DNA from: a virus
IMG/VR virus record: IMGVR_UViG_3300045988_163776
Span: 128,001-155,695 of that record
Reading direction: 5' to 3' (one strand)
DNA: 27,695 nucleotides
This document shows, piece after piece, positions 1-8,097 of this stretch. The stretch's first letter is position 1. Every line of letters begins with the position of its first letter. The notes beneath the pieces were generated by a model. It ran no database searches. It was not told the origin of the DNA and saw nothing but the letters and a program-made list of their open reading frames with translations. Made by a program: the position numbers and the translations under genes.

Positions 1-1
1 C

Positions 2-127
2 AATGTTGTATTTTGCTATGAAGAAATAATTAGCAAGCTTGGTGAAGCTGGATATCGCATGGGTTGGGATTTTACTGATAAAGCCATTGATAATGGAACT
101 TGGTTTTTGTCAATCCATTGGGACTAA
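2..127 (+). CDS. 3' end of an upstream gene (partial; ...DNGTWFLSIHWD-stop)
   Basis: Frame 2 is open from the window edge to TAA 125-127. The stop lies just before the AAGGAGG RBS (132-138) of the next gene. Confidence 0.4.
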   Translation, partial: NVVFCYEEIISKLGEAGYRMGWDFTDKAIDNGTWFLSIHWD

Positions 128-146
128 TATAAAGGAGGGTTGCGCA

Positions 147-857
147 ATGGCAGTAGCAAAAAGCTTTAAAAATTTTGAAATGTTAAGTGAACCATTTGAG
201 AAAAATAATAAGATGTATGTTATTGTGCGAAACCCTAAAACCCAACATGAACGTACCGTAAGATGGTATACAAGTAAAGAGTATGCTAAGCTCTATCCAG
301 AAGAACAACCAATCACACAAGATTGGAAAAATTTAAAGAATTGTCTTGGTTTTAATAAAGGATATATTACAATATTTAAAAATGCAAGTTATGATGATGA
401 ATGGTGTAATATATCAAATGCGCGTTGGCATGAACGTTGGGGCTGGTATATTGCTTCTACAGAAGAAGTACCCGCAGACTGTCCTTTTGAATATGCTCCC
501 TTGTATTGGACTGATATCTCAAAAAGCGAAGGAGCGTTAAAACCAAAAGAGGAGATTGAACAAATTATTTTTTCAATATTTTATGATAATTCTCCATCTC
601 AATATTTAGGTAATATAGGAGATAGAATTGAGCTGGAAGCTGAAATTATAAGTATTGAGAAAGTAGAAACTGCATATGGGGTAAAAGCAAAATATACTCT
701 TTGTGATGAGAAAGGAAATATGCTAGAATGGTTTACTGGAGTAAGAAAAGACTGGTTTAGAGGTAATAAGAAGAATCTTCGAGGCACAGTAAAAGAATTA
801 AAAAGGAAATATGGAATTAACACAACAGTTTTAACAAGATGTTTAGAAAGGAGATGA
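147..857 (+). CDS. hypothetical phage protein (236 aa, starts MAVAKSFKNF)
   Basis: Long ORF. ATG 147 sits 8 nt after AAGGAGG. The ORF-track start at 39 would overlap the upstream gene and has no RBS. TGA stop. Confidence 0.75.
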   Translation: MAVAKSFKNFEMLSEPFEKNNKMYVIVRNPKTQHERTVRWYTSKEYAKLYPEEQPITQDWKNLKNCLGFNKGYITIFKNASYDDEWCNISNARWHERWGWYIASTEEVPADCPFEYAPLYWTDISKSEGALKPKEEIEQIIFSIFYDNSPSQYLGNIGDRIELEAEIISIEKVETAYGVKAKYTLCDEKGNMLEWFTGVRKDWFRGNKKNLRGTVKELKRKYGINTTVLTRCLERR

Positions 858-863
858 GGTAAT

Positions 864-1022
864 GTGATCGAAATAATTACATTTATAATTTGGATAATCA
901 TAGGCGTATCAAATTTTTTCTTTTGTCTTGCTGGCTTAGCGCCAACTTGGATAACATTTTGGAGCGCTTATGGTTGCGTAATTATTAGTTTACTCGAAAA
1001 ATATATTAATAATAAAAAATAA
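864..1022 (+). CDS. small hydrophobic (membrane) protein, 52 aa, GTG start
   Basis: GTG 864 lies about 10 nt after AAAGGAG. The translation VIEIITFIIWIIIGVSNFFFCLAGLAPTWITFWSAYGCVIISLL is two hydrophobic segments. TAA stop. Confidence 0.45.
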   Translation: MIEIITFIIWIIIGVSNFFFCLAGLAPTWITFWSAYGCVIISLLEKYINNKK

Positions 1023-1051
1023 TTGATATTTTATAAAAAATATTATATAAT
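1023..1051 (+). promoter_or_regulatory. sigmaA-type promoter TTGATA-N17-TATAAT
   Basis: Spacing counted by hand. Followed by the family box ATATATATAATAAAAG. Confidence 0.7.
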
Positions 1052-1091
1052 ATATATATAATAAAAGAAGTTGAAAAGAGGTTGATTTAAA

Positions 1092-2735
1092 ATGTCATTG
1101 ATGAATATGATTAGTAAAGAGGAACAAGAGTTAATTTCAGCTTATAGAGAAGCTTATATAGGAAGTCATACAGAATCACTTTGTGATAATGAATATCTAT
1201 TAAGAGTATGGCAAGAAGAAAAATCTAAATTCCTTGCTAAAATTTTTAAAGATAGCCTAATTCTTAAAAAAGAAGTTGTAGTTAAGTTACCACATGAAAT
1301 GATCGCCGTAGAAATGGATGGAAAATTATGTTATTATCCTCGTAGAGATGGTTATGTGGATCCTGGAACTCCAAAAGGCTTTATAAGACAGCTAATGAAC
1401 TTAGTCGATGAATTATGTGAAAAAGATTGTATTGATTGGGCTTTAAGAAATGCCATGCGTAACATAAATGGAGATCTTTTAGCAGACAATAGATTTATTG
1501 ATAGATGGGATCCAGATCATAAAAGAAATTTTAAAGTGACTCATCCTTCAGATAAAAGAAAAAGTTTCACTATTTCTTATGGAATGAAATTAATGAAAGT
1601 ATATAATAAATTTGCTACTGCTTTTGGCATTGCAGGTTTTGATGAATATGCAGTCGTTCATTCTCAAATTTTAAATACGACTAATCTTAAAGGAACGCTA
1701 TGCTTGTCAATACATCCTTTAGATTATATGACAATGAGTGATAACAACTCAAATTGGACTTCTTGTATGTCTTGGGAAGGTGACGGCGAGTATAGACAAG
1801 GCACTGTAGAAATGATGAACTCTGATTGTATTGTTGTAGGTTACCTTGAGTCTTCAGCTCCTATGAATATATTAGGAGCAAAATGGAATAACAAAAAATA
1901 TCGTAGTTTATACTGCGTTAATGAAGATGTTATAGCCAATATAAAAGGTTACCCTTATAAAAGCTTAGAGATTGATAAAATAGTTATTGATTGGCTAAAA
2001 GAATTAGTTGAAGCCAATACAGATATCAAATATGAGAGTGATATTATAGATTTTAATAGTGACGAAAATGATTATTATTTAGATTTTCATACTCATATTA
2101 TGTATAATGACTGCTGGAATACAAAAGGCTGTAGAACATGTCATATAGGCTATGTAAGCAATTTAGCATCACATAATTGTTATGTTCATTATTCTGGACC
2201 TGATGAATGCATGTGTTGTGGAGCAGTTGGAGTTATGGAAGAGTGCAGTGAAAGTGATTTGGTTTGCGATTCCTGTGATGGCTATGAGTATTGCGATCAT
2301 TGTGGAGATAGATGCAACTTTGGTGAAACTCATCATATTGATGGATATTCTCTTTGCAGTTACTGCTATGATGAAGCTGTTGCGCAAGACTTCTTTGATG
2401 AAACAGAGCATTTAGAAAATAATATGGTACAAGCAAAAATTAATGTTGACGCTGAAAGCGGAATGTTCATTCGCTCACATTCTGTTTATAGTATTTTTAT
2501 TGATATAAAAAATATAGAAAAATTTATCTCTGTATGCCCTAAAATTTTTAAAGAAGAAAAAATGTCTTCTTATAAGATCTTTTCTGAAGAAAGTTTTTAT
2601 TATGAAGGGAAAATAATAGAGATTAACTGGAATGACCTTTCTGATTATGGTTGGAAATTTTTCTTTAAAGAAAATGATGCGATGATTGAATCAGTTAAAT
2701 TATTCTGTAAACGTTATGAAGAAGCTAAAATTTGA
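1092..2735 (+). CDS. large Cys-rich protein, paralog of 5291-6667; conserved HPLD/W-SC/GEYR core plus C-terminal CxxC zinc-ribbon cluster (possibly PcfJ-like, unverified)
   Basis: 547-aa ORF behind promoter 1023-1051 and an AAGAGG RBS. Shares the motifs LS(I/V)HPLD(Y/F), NW(T/R)SC, GEYR-G and WNNKK(Y/W)R with ORF 5291. The C-terminus has at least 6 CxxC pairs. Confidence 0.85.
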   Translation: MSLMNMISKEEQELISAYREAYIGSHTESLCDNEYLLRVWQEEKSKFLAKIFKDSLILKKEVVVKLPHEMIAVEMDGKLCYYPRRDGYVDPGTPKGFIRQLMNLVDELCEKDCIDWALRNAMRNINGDLLADNRFIDRWDPDHKRNFKVTHPSDKRKSFTISYGMKLMKVYNKFATAFGIAGFDEYAVVHSQILNTTNLKGTLCLSIHPLDYMTMSDNNSNWTSCMSWEGDGEYRQGTVEMMNSDCIVVGYLESSAPMNILGAKWNNKKYRSLYCVNEDVIANIKGYPYKSLEIDKIVIDWLKELVEANTDIKYESDIIDFNSDENDYYLDFHTHIMYNDCWNTKGCRTCHIGYVSNLASHNCYVHYSGPDECMCCGAVGVMEECSESDLVCDSCDGYEYCDHCGDRCNFGETHHIDGYSLCSYCYDEAVAQDFFDETEHLENNMVQAKINVDAESGMFIRSHSVYSIFIDIKNIEKFISVCPKIFKEEKMSSYKIFSEESFYYEGKIIEINWNDLSDYGWKFFFKENDAMIESVKLFCKRYEEAKI

Positions 2736-2759
2736 AAAAGTTAAAAAAATAATGTATAA
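2731..2759 (+). promoter_or_regulatory. sigmaA-type promoter TTGAAA-N17-TATAAT (TG-extended)
   Basis: The -35 overlaps the TGA stop of gene 1092-2735. The -10 reads ATGTATAAT. Confidence 0.65.
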
Positions 2760-2792
2760 TAATTATAGAAAATAAATAATAAAGAAGAAAGG

Positions 2793-3224
2793 ATGTTGAA
2801 AAACATGACTGAGAAGACAAAAAAGATAACAAAGAGAGACATTTATGAAGCAATTGCGCAGGCAATGGAAACTGGTGAAAGCACCATTGAGCCACAAGAA
2901 ATCATTAATTTCTGTCACAAGGAAATTGCAGCCCTTGACCGCAAAGCTGAAAAAGCAAGAGAAAATGCAGCGAAAAAACGTGAAGAGGGAGATGCTCTAC
3001 TAGAGCTTGTAAGAAATGCTCTTACAGACGAATATTCAATTATCGCTGATATTACGGCTCGTATTGAAAGTGATGAAGTCGAAGTAACAGTAGCCAAGGT
3101 TCAGTATAGACTTAATCAGCTAATCCAAATGGGTGAAGCTGAAAAGTCAGACGTTTCAGTCGGAGAAACTGGTTCAAAAAGAACTCTTAAAGGCTATCGA
3201 AAAATAGCAACTATTGAAGACTAA
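2793..3224 (+). CDS. hypothetical acidic/coiled-coil protein (143 aa; start may be ATG 2805)
   Basis: ORF behind promoter 2731-2759, followed by a strong terminator at 3238-3269. TAA stop. Confidence 0.8.
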   Translation: MLKNMTEKTKKITKRDIYEAIAQAMETGESTIEPQEIINFCHKEIAALDRKAEKARENAAKKREEGDALLELVRNALTDEYSIIADITARIESDEVEVTVAKVQYRLNQLIQMGEAEKSDVSVGETGSKRTLKGYRKIATIED

Positions 3225-3237
3225 TTATTGTTTAAAA

Positions 3238-3269
3238 AGGAGTAGAAATTTTATCTACTCCTTTTTTTT
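3238..3269 (+). terminator. rho-independent terminator
   Basis: 9-bp stem aggagtaga/tctactcct followed by a T8 run. Confidence 0.85.
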
Positions 3270-3339
3270 CTTTTATCTGCTCCGGCCGGATACGCACATA
3301 AACACCGCAAATCCAAAGAAAAATGGATTTAGAAAATTT

Positions 3340-3368
3340 TTGACAAAATTCTTAATTTATGGTATTAT
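3340..3368 (+). promoter_or_regulatory. sigmaA-type promoter TTGACA-N17-TATTAT
   Basis: Consensus -35 with 17-nt spacer, 20 nt upstream of the RBS of gene 3390. Confidence 0.7.
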
Positions 3369-3389
3369 AAAAATGAAGGAGTGATAATA

Positions 3390-4193
3390 ATGAAATATTC
3401 ATTACCAAATAGAATATCATTACAATATTTAAAGCAAGCAGATGAAATAAAAATACAAAAATCTGATTGCGAGAAAACAATAGATTATATAGAAGATTAT
3501 CCAGAAGCAGAAATAGTATTATGTATAGAAGATCTAAAACAACAATTTTCAGGAAATGAAGAGGTCATTACGAATACATTGAAAATGTATAAAGAAGAAA
3601 GTAATAAAAAATTTAGTATAGAGCTAGAGCATTTAAATGAAGATGTTGCGTTATTAAAAAAATTGGAAATTCCTTTCTTCTGGAAATATCCAGTGACTAC
3701 TTTTGATGAATTGCAAGCTTTAAAGGAATTAGGAGTTTCACAAGTATTAATAGATGGTCCTCTCTTTTTTCAGATGAGAGAAGTAAAGAGATTTCATATT
3801 CCAATTAGAGTAATTCCAAATGTATGTTACGAGAACTATCTTCCAAGAGCAAATGGTTTGCATGGAACTTGGATGCGCCCGCAAGATCAAGATTTATATG
3901 ACCAATATGTTTCTATTTTAGAATTTAAAGAAAAAGATTTCACCAAATTAGAAGCCTTATTTGACATATATTCTAAAGATAAAACATATTTTGGAGATTT
4001 GAATACATTATTTACAAATTTTGGTTTTACTATTCCTATACTTGCGGCAGCAGTACCTCGAGATGTCATTAAGTCTAGATTAAACTGTGGTCAACGCTGT
4101 ACACAGAATCGTTGTCACTTATGTGAGCGAGGATTGTCTGTTGGTTTACAAGTGCAGACAAGTGAGTATATTAGAGTAAAAGAGCAAAATTGA
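3390..4193 (+). CDS. hypothetical protein (267 aa) with C-terminal CGQRC-x5-CHLC motif
   Basis: ATG 3390 is 9 nt after AAGGAG (3375-3380). Promoter TTGACA-N17-TATTAT lies at 3340-3368. TGA stop. Confidence 0.8.
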   Translation: MKYSLPNRISLQYLKQADEIKIQKSDCEKTIDYIEDYPEAEIVLCIEDLKQQFSGNEEVITNTLKMYKEESNKKFSIELEHLNEDVALLKKLEIPFFWKYPVTTFDELQALKELGVSQVLIDGPLFFQMREVKRFHIPIRVIPNVCYENYLPRANGLHGTWMRPQDQDLYDQYVSILEFKEKDFTKLEALFDIYSKDKTYFGDLNTLFTNFGFTIPILAAAVPRDVIKSRLNCGQRCTQNRCHLCERGLSVGLQVQTSEYIRVKEQN

Positions 4194-4218
4194 TTTTTTA
4201 TTAAAAATATTATATAAT
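4190..4218 (+). promoter_or_regulatory. sigmaA-type promoter TTGATT-N17-TATAAT
   Basis: Overlaps the stop of gene 3390-4193. Family member. Confidence 0.65.
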
Positions 4219-4268
4219 TATTATAGAAAAAAATGAAAAAAATAATTATATAAGGGGTGTTTATAGAT

Positions 4269-5294
4269 ATGCTTACTTTTTCAGAACAGCAATTTAAAAC
4301 TTTTAAGCAAATTGCCCAGTTAAAACAATCTGGTTTGAAAAAGGTTTTAGTGTCTTTCTTAAGAAAACATTATAGCCAAAACCGAGTTTTTTACTCTGAG
4401 CATTATATTTATGCTATTGGAGATATTCCTATTGCATTAGTGGCGCATTTAGACACTGTTCATAAAAAAATTCCAAGTCAAATATTTTGGGACAGAGAAG
4501 AAGATGTGGTTTGGAGTCCCCAAGGGTTAGGGGCAGATGATAGGGCTGGAGTATATGCTATTATGCAGATTATTTCTTCTGGACTACGACCTCACATTAT
4601 TTTTACGACAGATGAAGAAATTGGTGGAATAGGAGCTATTTTATTATCTAAACGAACAAATCCTTTTGCAGATTTACGTTATATGATAGAGCTTGACCGC
4701 AGAGGTTTTACAGATTGTGTTTTTTATGATTGTAATAATAAAGATTTTGAAAAATATATAGAATCTTTTGGATTTGAGACAGATTGGGGCACCTATTCAG
4801 ATATCTGCGAATTAAGTCCAAGCTGGAAAATTGCAGGTGTAAATTTATCCATAGGATATTTTAATGAGCATTCTTTCGCAGAGTATTTAGAACCTAATAT
4901 ATTAATGAATACTATAAAAAAAGTTAAAGAGATGTTAAAAACACCTAAAGAAGATATTCCTGTGTTTAAATATATTCCTTATAAATCTTCTAAACCGGGT
5001 TTTGTTTACGACACAGATGAAAATTATAAAAAATTAGCTTTAGCTTATGGATATAATTTTTATGATGATGAGATAGGAATAATTTGTTCAGGTTGCCATG
5101 AAGCATTTTTTGAAGATGAAGTATTCCCAGTAAAAAGTGTTGATGGAACTACGAAATATTATTGTCCAGATTGTGTTACAGATAATATAGAATGGTGCAT
5201 TAGGTGTAATGAGCCTTTTGAAAAAGAAAATCCAGAAGATACTAATATATTATGCAAAGATTGTAGAAAAATTAAGGAGGCTTCTTCTAAATGA
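4269..5294 (+). CDS. M20/M28/M42-type metallopeptidase-like protein with C-terminal zinc ribbons
   Basis: Metal-ligand-like motif series AHLDTVH, GADDRAG, TTDEEIGG, ELDRRG, GYFNEHS. C-terminal CSGC...CPDC...CIRC...CKDC. ATG 4269 follows AAGGGG; the alternative GTG 4257 is in frame. Confidence 0.75.
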   Translation: MLTFSEQQFKTFKQIAQLKQSGLKKVLVSFLRKHYSQNRVFYSEHYIYAIGDIPIALVAHLDTVHKKIPSQIFWDREEDVVWSPQGLGADDRAGVYAIMQIISSGLRPHIIFTTDEEIGGIGAILLSKRTNPFADLRYMIELDRRGFTDCVFYDCNNKDFEKYIESFGFETDWGTYSDICELSPSWKIAGVNLSIGYFNEHSFAEYLEPNILMNTIKKVKEMLKTPKEDIPVFKYIPYKSSKPGFVYDTDENYKKLALAYGYNFYDDEIGIICSGCHEAFFEDEVFPVKSVDGTTKYYCPDCVTDNIEWCIRCNEPFEKENPEDTNILCKDCRKIKEASSK

Positions 5295-6667
5295 GTTGTT
5301 TATTTACAATAGCAAAACAATTTGAACAGGTAATTGATTATTCTCAAGGATTTAAACCGGCACAATCAAAACAAGTTATAAAACAATGGTTTAAAGCTAA
5401 AAAACCTTTCATAAAAAAATTAGGTGGTTTTATATATGAATATCCAGAAACTATAACAACAGATTTATCAGATGCAGAAAAAAGAATGAAAATTAGTGAT
5501 TTTACTGACTGGGTAGAAAGAAAATATGGCTTATATGATTTATCTAATTTTATTACAGCAAATGAAAAAACTTTTTTTGAAAATGCAGTAGCAGAAGAAT
5601 ATAAATATAAAGGTATTATTATACCAAAAGGAATGAAATTATTAAAAGCTTTTAAATATTTTGAAGAGAATAAAGATATTTTAAACGATATTCAAAATGT
5701 GGCAAGTATGTCTATACAAGAAAATAAAATTTCTGGAAAACTATGTTTATCAGTGCATCCACTAGACTTTTTATCCAGTAGCGAGAATACTCTTAATTGG
5801 CGGTCTTGTCATGCCCTTGACGGAGAATATCGCGCGGGGAATTTAAGCTATATGCTTGATGGGAGTACAATAATTTGTTATTTAAAGACAGATGAAGAAG
5901 TAAAGCTTCCACGTTTCCCCTCAAGCGTACCTTGGAACAATAAAAAATGGCGTTGTTTATTATTCTTTTCAGAAAATAATAAAATGATGTTTGCGGGACG
6001 CCCTTATCCATTCGCTGCAAATGGACTTTTAAATAAAATAAGAGATATAGTTCAAGAATTAAAATTGATTGAAGTATTAAATCAACCTTATTGGAGAAAA
6101 CAATACCTTAGCGAATGGCGAAATGATTATGTTGATACTTTTAATTTTTCAGATGGGACACAAGTTAAATTAGAGAGTAGGTTTATTTTAGATTGTTATA
6201 GTGAACTAGTACGTCTGGAAGAAATAATAACAAATGGACAAGGAAGTTGTCATTATAACGATTTGCTATATTCTTCTTGTTATGTGCCTTATTATGTTCA
6301 AGTAGAGTCTGGAGATCATGTCCCAAAGTATAAAAACTATTTTAAAATTGGAGCTAGAACTTTATGCCTTAATTGCGGGAAGTATGAAATATCAGACCCA
6401 GATTCAATGCTATGTGAAGACTGTCTTGATTATTATGATTCAGAAGATTGCTTAGATGAAACATTCTGTTCTGAATGCGGAGCAATAGTTGAAGAGGGTG
6501 AAGGAGAGTTTGCTGCAACAGGGGAGTTTTTATGCCCTCATTGTATAGAAGAATATACCCAAAGATGCTATAAATGTAATGCACGATATTATCAAAATGA
6601 TATGTCTGTTGTTCGAGATGAAGATAATACTCATGTACATTGGATTTGTGCAAATTGTAAGGAATAG
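5291..6667 (+). CDS. large Cys-rich protein, paralog of 1092-2735; ends at TAG (read-through would extend to TAA 6698-6700)
   Basis: 458-aa ORF whose start overlaps the upstream stop (ATGA). Same conserved core motifs as ORF 1092 and a C-terminal CxxC cluster. The terminal codon is TAG 6665-6667, followed by 10 sense codons (EEEEEEYYGG) then TAA. Confidence 0.85.
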   Translation: MSCLFTIAKQFEQVIDYSQGFKPAQSKQVIKQWFKAKKPFIKKLGGFIYEYPETITTDLSDAEKRMKISDFTDWVERKYGLYDLSNFITANEKTFFENAVAEEYKYKGIIIPKGMKLLKAFKYFEENKDILNDIQNVASMSIQENKISGKLCLSVHPLDFLSSSENTLNWRSCHALDGEYRAGNLSYMLDGSTIICYLKTDEEVKLPRFPSSVPWNNKKWRCLLFFSENNKMMFAGRPYPFAANGLLNKIRDIVQELKLIEVLNQPYWRKQYLSEWRNDYVDTFNFSDGTQVKLESRFILDCYSELVRLEEIITNGQGSCHYNDLLYSSCYVPYYVQVESGDHVPKYKNYFKIGARTLCLNCGKYEISDPDSMLCEDCLDYYDSEDCLDETFCSECGAIVEEGEGEFAATGEFLCPHCIEEYTQRCYKCNARYYQNDMSVVRDEDNTHVHWICANCKE

Positions 6668-6689
6668 GAAGAAGAGGAGGAAGAATATT

Positions 6690-7001
6690 ATGGCGGCTAA
6701 AGGAACAGAAGCGAAAAATTTAGTTATTTCAAAAATTAAAGAAGCCTTTGGAGAAGATTATATTTTAACAGAAGGCAGTAAAGTCTATGTGTGGGCAGAA
6801 GATGGAGCTAATGGTAGAGTGCAAATAGCTATGACTTTAACTTGCCCAAAAGTAATGGTTGGCGAATGTGCATCAGTTGCAGTAGTTGGCAATCAGTTGG
6901 ATTTTGAAGCAGAATTGCCGCATGCACAAGTGGACTCTGCGCAAATAACTGAACAGGAAAAAAATAATATTGAAGAACTCATGAAACGTTTGAATCTATA
7001 A
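6690..7001 (+). CDS. hypothetical protein (103 aa, starts MAAKGTEAKN)
   Basis: ATG 6690 is preceded by GAGGAGGAAG. The ORF-track start at 6579 lies inside the upstream gene and lacks an RBS. Confidence 0.7.
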   Translation: MAAKGTEAKNLVISKIKEAFGEDYILTEGSKVYVWAEDGANGRVQIAMTLTCPKVMVGECASVAVVGNQLDFEAELPHAQVDSAQITEQEKNNIEELMKRLNL

Positions 7002-7044
7002 CACTATATTATTAAGAAATAAAATTTGTGGTCATTTTTGTTCT

Positions 7045-7083
7045 AAGAGAAAGTAATAATTTTTAAGAATATTACTTTCTCTT
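7045..7083 (+). terminator. 14-bp hairpin after gene 6690-7001 (terminator-like, no clear T run)
   Basis: Stem aagagaaagtaata/tattactttctctt. Confidence 0.5.
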
Positions 7084-7100
7084 CTGGATAAAAATTATAT

Positions 7101-7129
7101 TTGAAAATTTAAAAAAAATATAATATAAT
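7101..7129 (+). promoter_or_regulatory. promoter family copy (TTGAAA-N17-TATAAT), first of a tandem triplet
   Basis: Followed by ATATATGTAATAAAGATAAAAAAC. Confidence 0.7.
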
Positions 7130-7171
7130 ATATATGTAATAAAGATAAAAAACAAAAAAAATAAAAACTTT

Positions 7172-7200
7172 TTGATTTTTATAAAAATTTATTATATAAT
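7172..7200 (+). promoter_or_regulatory. promoter family copy (TTGATT-N17-TATAAT), second of the triplet
   Basis: Followed by ATATATGTAATAAAAAAG. Confidence 0.7.
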
Positions 7201-7249
7201 ATATATGTAATAAAAAAGAAAAGTTAATTTTTTAAATAAAAAATCTTAT

Positions 7250-7278
7250 TTGAAAAATTAAAAAAAATATTATATAAT
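7250..7278 (+). promoter_or_regulatory. promoter family copy (TTGAAA-N17-TATAAT), third of the triplet, reads into the tRNA zone
   Basis: Followed by ATATATATAATAAAGATAAAAAAT, then tRNA-like gene 7309. Confidence 0.7.
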
Positions 7279-7308
7279 ATATATATAATAAAGATAAAAA
7301 ATAAATAT

Positions 7309-7378
7309 CATCTTATGGTGCAAAAGGATAGCACACTGTTGTACAGCAGAGATAAAGGTTCGAATCCTTGAAAGATGA
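7309..7378 (+). tRNA. tRNA-like gene with a shortened anticodon arm (5-bp stem, 4-nt loop GTAC); no assignable anticodon
   Basis: Hand fold: acceptor catctta/aaagatg (6 of 7 bp), D arm gtgc-aaaaggata-gcac (Gln-like), T arm aaagg-ttcgaat-ccttg. The anticodon arm ctgtt-gtac-agcag is 3 nt shorter than canonical. Confidence 0.45.
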
Positions 7379-7703
7379 TCTATTTAGTAAAATGGTTTAT
7401 AATTTAAGTTTTCCGGAAAAACTTAGTACAATCATTGGATTTATATTATGAGTTCGAGTCTCATTAGCTTGCTACAGTAAAGGACGAATATAAAAACTTA
7501 AAATGTATTAGAGGTCAGCTCTGTGGTGAGAGTGAGTACTAAGATACAGGAGATTGGAAGTAAGCAATACACACCACTGAGCTTACTTTTGAGAGATATG
7601 AGATAGAACCTCCTCGTGGTTTCTCTCGGGCAATGCCTTAATAACTTTTGTTTATAGTTAATATGGTAGCAAATCTATCTTTACCCCTTTCCTTATAATA
7701 CTT

Positions 7704-7781
7704 AAAAAAAAGACAGTATCAGCAAATGAAATGCGTTAAATTAGGGATTTAAAGTGCTTTTATAAAACTGTCTTGTAATAT
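7704..7781 (+). ncRNA. bipartite long-range stem element E1 (aagacagt...actgtctt + TGTAA), encloses an anticodon-arm-like hairpin
   Basis: The 8-bp helix pairs 7710-7717 with 7767-7774. The conserved box ATCAGCAAAT follows the 5' arm. The inner hairpin is ttaaa-TTAGGGA-tttaa. Confidence 0.5.
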
Positions 7782-7849
7782 GGTTCTATGGTTTAAGAAA
7801 TTAAAGTACTGTTTTATCATAGTAGAGCTTAAATCTCATAGAACCACCA
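7782..7849 (+). tRNA. compact tRNA-like gene with perfect acceptor stem and encoded CCA; 6/8-nt anticodon loop, reduced T arm
   Basis: Acceptor ggttcta/tagaacc, then A-CCA. Anticodon arm tactg-ttttatca-tagta. The T arm is only gag-cttaaat-ctc. Confidence 0.4.
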
Positions 7850-7855
7850 TTATAT

Positions 7856-7928
7856 AGTGATGTAGTTCAGTTGGCAGAACACCTCTCTAATACGGAGGAA
7901 GTCATAGGTTCAAACCCTATTATCACTA
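7856..7928 (+). tRNA. tRNA with anticodon AAT (Ile by anticodon; A34 is unusual)
   Basis: Acceptor agtgatg/tatcact, D arm gttc-agttggca-gaac, anticodon arm cctct-CTAATAC-ggagg, T arm atagg-ttcaaac-cctat. Confidence 0.7.
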
Positions 7929-8063
7929 TCTTGTGTCGTCGTCAGCGACTATAAATAACTGTGCAGGTTCCCGTGCGATAGCGGATGTGCAAGCTAATCC
8001 ACAAACATACTATCGCCTATATTCCTCTATAGCTCAGCTGGAGGAGCCAAATACATTGAATTG

Positions 8064-8097
8064 AGGGTATTAGTCCTCAATTCAATGTTCTAAAGGG
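8064..8097 (+). repeat. perfect 13-bp hairpin inside a tRNA-like fragment
   Basis: cattgaattgagg-gtattagt-cctcaattcaatg, flanked by a canonical D arm (gctc-agctggag-gagc, 8042-8057) and a closing helix ctctat/atagag. Confidence 0.7.

Noticed and set aside
39-146. N-terminal extensions proposed by the ORF track (start 39 for gene 147-857; start 6579 for gene 6690-7001; nested + ORFs 346-540 and 2182-2415)
   Set aside because: The upstream starts lack RBSs and overlap the preceding genes. Strong GGAGG-type RBSs sit in front of the internal ATGs. The nested ORFs are out-of-frame within longer genes.
7090-7300. Repeated ~45-nt AT-rich units as a CRISPR array
   Set aside because: The units are canonical -35/-10 promoters, irregularly spaced and dispersed genome-wide in front of genes. 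There is no repeat-spacer periodicity.
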